This document shows, one piece after another, positions 38,074 to 45,948 of a stretch of DNA of 64,000 bases. The notes beneath the pieces are model-generated. The model saw nothing but the letters and a program-made list of their open reading frames with translations, was not told the origin of the DNA and did not search any database. The stretch is from Opitutales bacterium. GTDB lineage: Bacteria > Verrucomicrobiota > Verrucomicrobiia > Opitutales > PNEW01. The stretch lies in assembly GCA_963692525.1 (NCBI GenBank), contig OY829953.1, positions 4,420,720 through 4,484,719 of the forward strand, read 5' to 3'. Every line of letters starts with the position of its first letter. Within the stretch, counting starts at the first letter, position 1. The position numbers and the translations under genes are program-made.

Positions 38074-38460
38074 ATGACCGAGAAAACAACCAAGGCATTT
38101 GCTTCACATGCAAAGGACGCACAATGGACGACGGGATTGCGGCCCTATTTTAAGTACCGTGATCTTGGAATCAAGGATGCCACCGAAGGCAAAGTAATGG
38201 CGCACGTCATTCGCGCCGTTCAACCTTGCGAGGAAGCCATGGGCTACCACTCCCATGTTCTGGATTTCCAATGGAACTATCTGCTCCGTGGGTGGGCGCG
38301 ATTAGACTTTGAAGACATCGGCGAAATCCGCGTCGAGGCCGGTGATGCCTGGTACCAGTCGTCTGGAATCAAACACGAGGTGCTGGAGTATTCCGATGAC
38401 TTTGAGGTTATCGAGATCACGATGCCGGCCGATTTTCCCACACAGGACGAATCAAGATAG
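38074..38460 (+). CDS. Cupin domain protein
   Basis: 128 aa with GYHSHVLDF..GWARLDF and IKHEV motifs. 'aggagg' RBS upstream. Confidence 0.7.
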   Translation: MTEKTTKAFASHAKDAQWTTGLRPYFKYRDLGIKDATEGKVMAHVIRAVQPCEEAMGYHSHVLDFQWNYLLRGWARLDFEDIGEIRVEAGDAWYQSSGIKHEVLEYSDDFEVIEITMPADFPTQDESR

Positions 38461-38464
38461 TTTG

Positions 38465-38790
38465 CTTATTCGTTTTCGTGTTTTGTCACTATTGTCATTG
38501 CGAGGAGTGAAACGACGAAGCAATCCAGGCGAATAGTCATTTAACTTACGAATACCAGTCGCTGCTCAGATTTTCCAATGTGGGTTCGATGAACAAATTA
38601 TTGTATATTGAAAATCGGCATTCGTACTCCAGAGTGTAGCTTTACATGCAAGGATTGTGATAATGCAACTGACATCCCCCTGGATTGCCGCGGTCAGCTG
38701 ATAGCCTCCCTCGCAATGACAAGTGAGCATCATGTATCAATCCGGTCTTCCGGTTTTCCTTCTTTCTGACCTTCTGGAATTCCGGCTTTC
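38465..38790. repeat. 232-bp 'gtcattgcgag / caatccagg' element (Y arm + ... X arm -) flanked by word arrays
   Basis: Arms at 38491-38540 and 38671-38722. The rc of 38671-38722 matches 10151-10203 at 51 of 53 nt. 'ccggtcttccggttttcc..ccggctttc' words at 38731-38790. Confidence 0.8.
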
Positions 38791-38799
38791 TATCCCAAT

Positions 38800-39231
38800 T
38801 TAAGGATTCGGAGGCGAAGTGCAGATAAGGATTTCGAGGCTGACATTACCCGTGTTCTCGACACCGTGCTCACACCAGGGAGGTAAATACACAAAATCTC
38901 CGGCTTTAACTTTCTCTTGCTTGCCCTCGGCAAAAGTCATCGTCCCCTCGCCTCTCATGATAACATAAGTTTCCTCCGTCTCATGTGAACCCGGTGGCAA
39001 GAGTGTCGCATGCGGCGGTAGACAAAACATCACGAGGCCGAGATTCTTTGCAGGTGCTTCCGGGTTTGAAGGGTGAACAATACGCACGCCAACACCCTGA
39101 CAACCTTTATACCTTACGGGCCTGCCGTTTTTAGCCGATACAATCTTCGGGAAAACGGGGTGATCAGGTTTGGGTATTTTAGGAACGTAATCCTCTGGTG
39201 TATAACTTTTAAAGTCTTCTATCTTAGCCAT
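38800..39231 (-). CDS. Cupin domain protein
   Basis: 143 aa with GSHETEETYVIMRGEG..CEHGVEN. Confidence 0.7.
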   Translation of the reverse strand: MAKIEDFKSYTPEDYVPKIPKPDHPVFPKIVSAKNGRPVRYKGCQGVGVRIVHPSNPEAPAKNLGLVMFCLPPHATLLPPGSHETEETYVIMRGEGTMTFAEGKQEKVKAGDFVYLPPWCEHGVENTGNVSLEILICTSPPNP

Positions 39232-39268
39232 CTTCTCCTCAATTTGAATTATTTATTTTAACCAATTT

Positions 39269-40054
39269 CTAAAAATCACGAATAAAGCCTGCCGTCCATC
39301 CACCGTCAACGGCCAACACCTGGCCCGTTATATACGCGCTCTCTGGAGCCGCTAAAAAAAGTACTGCATGGGCAATCTCCTCCGGCTGGGCGGGCCTACC
39401 TAAGGGCACATGATCCAAGTGACGCTGCACGTGTTCAGAAAAGCTGCCGTCCTCGCTATAAAATATTTTACGCGTCCCATCGGTCAAAGTAGATCCAGGG
39501 GCAATAGCATTGATCGTTATCCCATGTCCCCCCATTTCAACCGCCAAGGCTTTCGTGAGTTGAATGAGCCCGGCTTTGGACGCATCATAGGCACACTGCA
39601 ACTGCAGGGGCACGATACCGGCGACGGAGGCGATGTTGATGATGCGACCGGACTTCTGCGGGATCATACAATCAGTTAACACTTTCTTAGATATTTTGAA
39701 CGGACTATTTAAATTCATGTCGACGGCCATCGCCCACGATTTATCGGGAAGACGGTCGCCTGTCACCCGCTGGTTGGGATCGCCACCTCCAGCATTATTT
39801 ACCAGGATATCGATGGGGCCGCATTCTTTTATAATCCTGGAAATGGTCTCCTCGATATGATCGTCGTTGAGAACATCTAACTCGTAGACACTATGATTAT
39901 CACCTTTTGGAGGATTCTCCCTAAGCAGTGCCTCATCGACATCCGTATAGGCGACATGGGCACCGTTTTCTGTAAAGGTTTCCGCGATTGCGCGTCCGAT
40001 ACCCTTCCCCGCGCCCGTCACTAAAGCGATTTTTCCCTTAAGGTCTACTTTCAT
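39269..40054 (-). CDS. Short-chain dehydrogenase/reductase (SDR)
   Basis: TGAGKGIGRA, NNAGG and YDASKAG motifs. Confidence 0.9.
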   Translation of the reverse strand: MKVDLKGKIALVTGAGKGIGRAIAETFTENGAHVAYTDVDEALLRENPPKGDNHSVYELDVLNDDHIEETISRIIKECGPIDILVNNAGGGDPNQRVTGDRLPDKSWAMAVDMNLNSPFKISKKVLTDCMIPQKSGRIINIASVAGIVPLQLQCAYDASKAGLIQLTKALAVEMGGHGITINAIAPGSTLTDGTRKIFYSEDGSFSEHVQRHLDHVPLGRPAQPEEIAHAVLFLAAPESAYITGQVLAVDGGWTAGFIRDF

Positions 40055-40130
40055 TACTTCTTCTTATGCTCCCACAAATTAATCTCAAGAATTAAGAATA
40101 GAGGTCAAGCGGTTATGTGGACGGAGGGGA

Positions 40131-40415
40131 GAAGGTGTCGGGTTTCAGGTGTCGGTGAAGCGGGTTCCCATCGACTACGCTCAGTGTAGACAGGTTTCAG
40201 AGTTTAGCCGGAGTACCGGTTCCGAGTTCCGCCTTTGCGGAACGACATCTTCCAAACCAGACAACCGGAAAGTCGGAAGGCCGAGGTACGAGATAGGCAA
40301 CTTGTCCTAAGCCCAGTACCTGGAAACTATCTTCACTTAAAACCTAACACCTAAAACTTAACACGCGCGTAGCGCTCCCCTCCTTTTGACTTTTTGACAT
40401 TTTGACATTTTGACC
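40131..40415. repeat. Composite of at least five module types
   Basis: 'gaaggtgtcgggtttcaggtgtcgg' (rc copy at 45879-45907). 'gggttcccatcgactacgctcag' follows. Hairpin module at 40213-40258. 'cttaaaacctaacacctaaaacttaacac' follows. TTTTGAC array at 40382-40415. Confidence 0.75.
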
Positions 40416-40420
40416 AAATC

Positions 40421-41308
40421 TCAAGCTCGATTAACGAGGTAAATTCCGTATGCGACGAAGATTGCGCCAAAGGCAAGATTGATCGTAATTGGTTCATTCA
40501 ATATGAGATAGCTCAACGCCACACCAAAGAGCGGGGTCGCGAAAAAAAACGCAGTTAGTTTTGTCGGGCTGTGTTGTTTTAAGATAAGTGTCCAGCAGAC
40601 GAAGCAAAAACCTCCCACGACAAGCCCTTGATAAACGATTGCCAGCAAAGCAATGGGAGTAAAATGATAACTATCCAATCCTTCGAAGCAAAAACTGAGA
40701 CCAAAAAATATCGGAAGACTTATAGCCATTTGCCAAATGAGCAGTCGATAGATATTTATATGTTGAATGAGAAGTTTTGTGTAGATATTACATATACCGA
40801 GAACAAAAGCACTCGCTAAGACGAAAAGGTCACCAATTAAAAAATCACTCCCTAAAGAAAAATTAGCGCGGAAAACAATAATTACCCCGATAATTGCAAC
40901 CAATAAGCCTAAACACTTTTTCAGATTTAATTCATCACCTTTAAAATAGAAATGAGCCAGCCCAGCAGTAAATAATGGATTTATGTTGATGAGAATAGTG
41001 GTGTGCGAGGCGTAGGTGTAGTGCGTTCCAATATTTATAAGCCCAATCTGTGTAGTGAATAACAACGACATGATAAGAAGCAGAATTCTCTCTGATTTAG
41101 GCGGCATTATCGGAATCCGGTAAATTACTGCCCAAAGAATAATCCCCAGGATTGCCAGTGAAAAACGAAGCCCGCCAACCATAAATGGCGGCATATCGAC
41201 GAGGGAAGTTTTGAGCGCTACCGAATTCCCACCCCAGAGAAATCCGAGAAAAAGCGCTATCGCTATGACCTTTGCACTCGGCTGATCAACCGGTATCGTT
41301 TTTTTCAT
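40421..41308 (-). CDS. EamA/DMT-family transporter
   Basis: 295 aa, about 10 TM segments, AT-rich. Confidence 0.8.
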   Translation of the reverse strand: MKKTIPVDQPSAKVIAIALFLGFLWGGNSVALKTSLVDMPPFMVGGLRFSLAILGIILWAVIYRIPIMPPKSERILLLIMSLLFTTQIGLINIGTHYTYASHTTILININPLFTAGLAHFYFKGDELNLKKCLGLLVAIIGVIIVFRANFSLGSDFLIGDLFVLASAFVLGICNIYTKLLIQHINIYRLLIWQMAISLPIFFGLSFCFEGLDSYHFTPIALLAIVYQGLVVGGFCFVCWTLILKQHSPTKLTAFFFATPLFGVALSYLILNEPITINLAFGAIFVAYGIYLVNRA

Positions 41309-41330
41309 CGAAAAATAATTTGTTTAGCGT

Positions 41331-41682
41331 AATGAACAAGAATGATTCACCACGAATATGCACGAATGAGAGATAGCCACAAAATGCACAAAAAGCACAA
41401 GCTAGAATTCAGGGGTTACGCATAGTCTGATTTCAAAATTGTCCCGCTAAAAATTATGAATGAGACTGACAAAGCTCAGCTATTGCTCAGCATGCGATCA
41501 TACACCAAGATTCATCTTATAATTCTTTTAGATTCTTTCCATATATACTCTCACATGTTCTTCTAATTTTTTGAGTCTTTTGTGCCTCTTGTGGCTAATC
41601 AATCTGCTTTTTACAGTGTATGTGTCTTTATCCGCGTTGATCCAGCGGGCTATATAACGTTAAGCTATGGCCGACAGGCAGC
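41331..41682. repeat. Palindrome of 'cacgaat' and 'atagccacaa..gcacaag' words, plus further modules
   Basis: 41331-41402 faces 'tgtgcctcttgtggctaatc' (41576-41600). 'ttatccgcgttgatccagcggg' and 'gctatggccgacaggcagc' follow. Confidence 0.7.
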
Positions 41683-41715
41683 ACATTCCACCTTTTCTGC
41701 ATTATCGCCTATCGG

Positions 41716-42975
41716 TTAAAAACTAATAAAGCGAATACTGAGGTAGCTGAGCAAACCGACAGCTGCAGCGGCGATAAAGCCTACGAAGAGAGGGGTGAAT
41801 CCGAGATTTTTTATTTTTGCCATGCTGGTGCTCAGCCCAAGCGAGGCCATGGCCAAGGTTAGACACCAGGTCGCCAATGTTTGTGCATTGATTAAAATAA
41901 TCTCCCACGTTTCCGGATCGAGAACGGCAAATGGTTTTTCCCCAATATCACCCAATGAGCGGACAACAGCCAAACAGACAAAAACGACAACGAAAAGAGG
42001 AACCATGTGATACCAGCGCGGCGCCAGATGAGATGATCCGTCAGTATTTTTTGAGCGCTGATAAAGCAAGGCCATTAATGGTATGACGATAATCATGAAG
42101 AGATTTCTCAGCAACTTCGTTACCGTTGCCGCATCTAATGTTTCCGGCACGAGATAGTGCTGTGAGTAAATTAATCCAGCTCCAGCAACCTGGGAGGTGT
42201 CATGTATCGCGGTACCCAGGAAGATACCAACCATTTGCGCATCGCCATGAAATAACCAATGGGCAAGGAAGGGATAGAAAATGAGACCGCACAATCCATA
42301 AATAGTCACACAGGCAACCGCGTAACTGACTTCATCATCTTCTGCTTTAATGCTTTGCGAGGTAGCGACAACCGCACTTACACCGCAGATGCTCGTCCCC
42401 ACGGCAATAAGTGTGCCCAGGCGAGATGGTATATTTATAAAACGGGTAAGTGCTGAAACGATAAGCAATGCTCCTGCAATGCAAATGACAACGACCGGGA
42501 GGCTGACCAGACCGATTTGACCAACAACGGAGATACTTAATCTCAAGCCCAGGAGCGCAATTCCAATTCTCAGGATATACCGTACGCAATATTTTAAACC
42601 CGCCACATATTCATTGGGGACACCGATGAAATTCCTACATGCGATGCCCAGAATTATGATAAACATTATGGGACTGAATGGACTTTTTTCGAAACTGAAA
42701 AGCGAGGTTCCCAGCCATCCCGCTATGAATTTACCGATTATCGCCAGGAGCAAAGCCAGGGCAATTCCCGGAATTATAGCCGCTAAATCAGAAAAATGTT
42801 TATATACTGTTGTATCGGCTTTTTGCGCATCGGAAACCTCAGCTTCTGGCTCAGCATAATGTCCCCATTCCAGGTCTCCCTCCATACTCGAAAGAGAATT
42901 TGCCTGTTCAGGGGTGAGATAGGAAAACCCGCTATTCTTTTTCGATGGTTTCTCCAATTCGTCACTCATCCACAC
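41716..42975 (-). CDS. YeiH/UPF0324-family putative sulfate exporter-type membrane protein
   Basis: 419 aa and polytopic. The family call is from overall pattern recognition only. Confidence 0.6.
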   Translation of the reverse strand: MWMSDELEKPSKKNSGFSYLTPEQANSLSSMEGDLEWGHYAEPEAEVSDAQKADTTVYKHFSDLAAIIPGIALALLLAIIGKFIAGWLGTSLFSFEKSPFSPIMFIIILGIACRNFIGVPNEYVAGLKYCVRYILRIGIALLGLRLSISVVGQIGLVSLPVVVICIAGALLIVSALTRFINIPSRLGTLIAVGTSICGVSAVVATSQSIKAEDDEVSYAVACVTIYGLCGLIFYPFLAHWLFHGDAQMVGIFLGTAIHDTSQVAGAGLIYSQHYLVPETLDAATVTKLLRNLFMIIVIPLMALLYQRSKNTDGSSHLAPRWYHMVPLFVVVFVCLAVVRSLGDIGEKPFAVLDPETWEIILINAQTLATWCLTLAMASLGLSTSMAKIKNLGFTPLFVGFIAAAAVGLLSYLSIRFISF

Positions 42976-43132
42976 TGCCTATCGCGATAAAAGTGAAACC
43001 AAAACCTACCCATGACAAAATAGAAAATGGATAAGTGTATTATTTCAATATTAATAATCACACTTTTTTCACCCGAACAAATAATGATTACTGGACAGCT
43101 ATACCGACTGAGCACATCGTTATGCTGTCCTC

Positions 43133-45700
43133 ATGAATCTCTCCTATGCTGTCACTTTATGTTTAACCACCTTCCTATGCTTTATCGGGCGCGCCGAAGG
43201 TGAAACGCGAAGACCAGAGAACATCACCTGGGAAGAACTGCCAGAACTCCCCAACGCCCAAGGTCTGGGAGGGGCTTTTGCCGGGGTCAGCAATGGCGCG
43301 CTCATCGTCGCTGGAGGTTCGAATTTTTCACAGGCCGCGGAAACAGGACTCGGAAGCAAAGTCTGGTATGCGGATATTTACGTTCTGCCCGAAACTGAGC
43401 GAGCAACTTGGCTAACGGGTTATAAACTGAATGAGCCGCGAGCTTACGGAGCATCCGTTAGTAGTGGTAAGCATTTAATCCTGATTGGCGGAAGCAGTGC
43501 AGAGGGTTATCACAATGAGGTTACGCAAATTACCTGGGAGGCCACTACTCAGAGAGTGAAACAAGAGTTGCTTCCTTCCCTGCCGCTAAATCTAACATTA
43601 AACGGCGCTGTTGAAATTGATGATATTGTATACGTTGTGGGGGGTCAGATCGATGACGAGAGAGCGAACTTGAAGAAGATCTTCTGGTCACTCAACCTGA
43701 ATAACCCCGAAGCGGGATGGGAATCGTTAGAAACCTGGGGGGGACCTGCCCGGAGAAGCGCTGTTGTTGTGAGTCAGAATACCGGCAATAGAAGAAACAT
43801 ATACATTATGGGCGGTGAAACACTCATCGAAAATGAAATGGGTGAAATTCACTCCAAGCAGTTGACTGACGGCTACCGCTACTCACTGCATAAGGATAAG
43901 TGGGAACAGACTAAGGATATCCCCCACCCCGTAACCGCGGCTCCCGGTATTGCTTATGGTCAATCACACATACTTATTTACGGTGGGAAAACACATGAGG
44001 ATATCGCACTGGACCCCTCTTATTCACGCGATCTTCTTGTCTATCATACGATCACGGACACCTGGCTAATAAAAGCCGAGATGCCTTTAAGCCTGGTGTC
44101 AGCAGAAGCGGTATCCTGGGGTGAAGGAATCGCCTTAACCGGTGGCGAGACCGAACCTGGGACGATGACCCCAAAGGTGCAATTAATGATTCACGACCCA
44201 GGAGCTGGCGCGTCGTTTGGAATTATAAATTACACTTTTCTCACTCTCTATCTCATGGGCATAGTTTACCTTGGCTTTTACTTTTCCAAAAGAGAAAAAG
44301 GAACGGATGATTACTTTCTTGCGGGGCGCCGTGTTCCCTGGTGGGCGGCAGGGCTCAGTTTACTGGGCACAGGGCTTAGCGCCGTTACTTATATTGCCCA
44401 TCCCGCCTTAACTTTTTCTACGGACTGGTTTTATTTTCCGGTTCGGATCGGGTTCTTTTTCGCACCGATCATGATAATTTATTTCTACCTGCCATTTTAT
44501 CGAAGGTTAAATATTACGACCGCTTACGAATACCTGGAGCTACGTTTTAACGTGGCCGTACGCTTATTCGGCAGTGCTCAATTTATTTTATTTCAATTGT
44601 TGAGGATCAGTCTAATCATGTATCTACCCGCCATTGTTCTTACCACGATCACGGGGATAAATATTTATGTATGCATACTGTCTTTAGGATTGATCAGCAC
44701 TTTTTACACGGTACTGGGCGGCATTGAAGCGGTGATTTGGTCGGATGTTATCCAAGTGTTCATATTCATTGCCGGACTCATAGTTGCCCTGATCGTCGTC
44801 TTCTTTAATGTCGATAACGGTTTTAAAGGGATGATCGATATTGGTCTCGCCGATGATAAATACCGGATGTGGTACCTGGACTGGGATTTTACCGAACCAA
44901 CATTGTGGGTATTATTAATTAGCGGTGCGATGGGTACCTTTATAGTCTTATCCTCCGACCAAAGCAGAATACAAAGATTTCTAACAACAAAAGATGAAAA
45001 AGGTGCGGCGAAAGGGTTATGGTTAAACGTAATTGCCAGTCTTCCGCTGGGGGTAATCGTCCTTGCCATGGGATCAGCACTTTACGCTTATTACAAAACA
45101 CACCCGAGCAGTGTCAGCTTGGGGATGCGGAACGACGCGATTTTTCCTCTCTTCATCGCGCAAAATCTTCCCACAGGTATTGCCGGTTTCGTCATCGCGG
45201 CCATCTTTTCCGCGGCGATGTCGAGTCTGGACAGCGGGATGAACTCTATCGCTACAGTCTTTGTCACCGATTTTTATCGTCGGTTTAAAGCGAATAATTC
45301 TGATAAATTTTATTTAAACCTCGCGCGTTCCATTACCTTGCTCATTGGTATTTTTGCAACCTCTGTCGCCCTCCTCCTGGTTACCTTGAATATTTATTCT
45401 GCTGTTATCTTCGCCAGCTCCGTCTTAGGGCTTTTTATTGGGGGATTGGGGGGATTATTTGCCCTCGGTATTTTTACTCGACGGGCGAATGGGTATGGGG
45501 CCTTCGTCGGCGCGGTCATCAGTGCAATAATCCTTTATTATGTAAAATACCATACTCCGATAAGTATATTCCTCTACCCCACGATTGGATTCACCGTCTG
45601 TCTTGTCGCCGGGTATTTTGCCAGTCTGATTATACCCGAGCGGAAAAAATCCCTCGAAGGACTGACTATTTACACGGTCCTACCGAGGGGTGATCAGTGA
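43133..45700 (+). CDS. Fusion: periplasmic kelch/NanM-like beta-propeller + sodium:solute symporter (SSS) family transporter
   Basis: Signal peptide. Kelch-like blocks GGAFAGVSNGALIVAGGSNF and YGASVSSGKHLILIGG resemble E. coli NanM. From about aa 365 it carries the SSS hallmark DYFLAGRRVPWWAAGLS and about 13 TMs. Confidence 0.8.
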   Translation: MNLSYAVTLCLTTFLCFIGRAEGETRRPENITWEELPELPNAQGLGGAFAGVSNGALIVAGGSNFSQAAETGLGSKVWYADIYVLPETERATWLTGYKLNEPRAYGASVSSGKHLILIGGSSAEGYHNEVTQITWEATTQRVKQELLPSLPLNLTLNGAVEIDDIVYVVGGQIDDERANLKKIFWSLNLNNPEAGWESLETWGGPARRSAVVVSQNTGNRRNIYIMGGETLIENEMGEIHSKQLTDGYRYSLHKDKWEQTKDIPHPVTAAPGIAYGQSHILIYGGKTHEDIALDPSYSRDLLVYHTITDTWLIKAEMPLSLVSAEAVSWGEGIALTGGETEPGTMTPKVQLMIHDPGAGASFGIINYTFLTLYLMGIVYLGFYFSKREKGTDDYFLAGRRVPWWAAGLSLLGTGLSAVTYIAHPALTFSTDWFYFPVRIGFFFAPIMIIYFYLPFYRRLNITTAYEYLELRFNVAVRLFGSAQFILFQLLRISLIMYLPAIVLTTITGINIYVCILSLGLISTFYTVLGGIEAVIWSDVIQVFIFIAGLIVALIVVFFNVDNGFKGMIDIGLADDKYRMWYLDWDFTEPTLWVLLISGAMGTFIVLSSDQSRIQRFLTTKDEKGAAKGLWLNVIASLPLGVIVLAMGSALYAYYKTHPSSVSLGMRNDAIFPLFIAQNLPTGIAGFVIAAIFSAAMSSLDSGMNSIATVFVTDFYRRFKANNSDKFYLNLARSITLLIGIFATSVALLLVTLNIYSAVIFASSVLGLFIGGLGGLFALGIFTRRANGYGAFVGAVISAIILYYVKYHTPISIFLYPTIGFTVCLVAGYFASLIIPERKKSLEGLTIYTVLPRGDQ

Positions 45701-45948
45701 ACAGTGAGAAAATGTAGCAGATTGTGCAGAAAAATCCACATGCCGCGAATTGCTTAGATTATATTGCATCGTGAATCATGCATCTTGCATCCTGAACCTT
45801 GAACTATCTTCACCTAAAACCTAAAACTTAACACTGCTACTGCATTTTCACCGTTCACTGTTTACTGTTCACTTCTTCCCTGAAACCTGACACCCGACAC
45901 CCTCTCCGCACTTTTCACTTTCCACTTATCATTTCTCACTTCTCTCTC
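45697..45948. repeat. Word-array intergenic region containing a decayed four-helix-bundle cassette
   Basis: 'gtgaacagtgag' (45697-45708) overlaps the stop codon. 'ccgttcactgtttactgttcac' at 45852-45873. 'cctgaaacctgacacccgacaccc' at 45879-45907. 'cttcacctaaaacctaaaacttaacac' at 45808-45834. Confidence 0.8.
45724..45774 (+). pseudogene. Remnant of a third four-helix-bundle gene (first ~10-16 codons only)
   Basis: 'gtgcagaaaaatccacatgccgcgaat' (MQKNPHAAN) aligns with the 5' ends of both intact copies (MHKNPHASNF and MQRNPHAVNF). It is flanked by the same words in the same relative order. Confidence 0.55.

Noticed and set aside
41470-41500. A possible fourth four-helix-bundle remnant ('ctattgctcagcatgcgatc' versus 'ctattcagcatgcgtcc', ..RMLSNS* versus ..RMLNSM).
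   Set aside because: The match is only about 17 nt, a stop codon lies immediately upstream in frame, and no flanking 'gtgaacagt' arrays are present. It is not distinguishable from chance.
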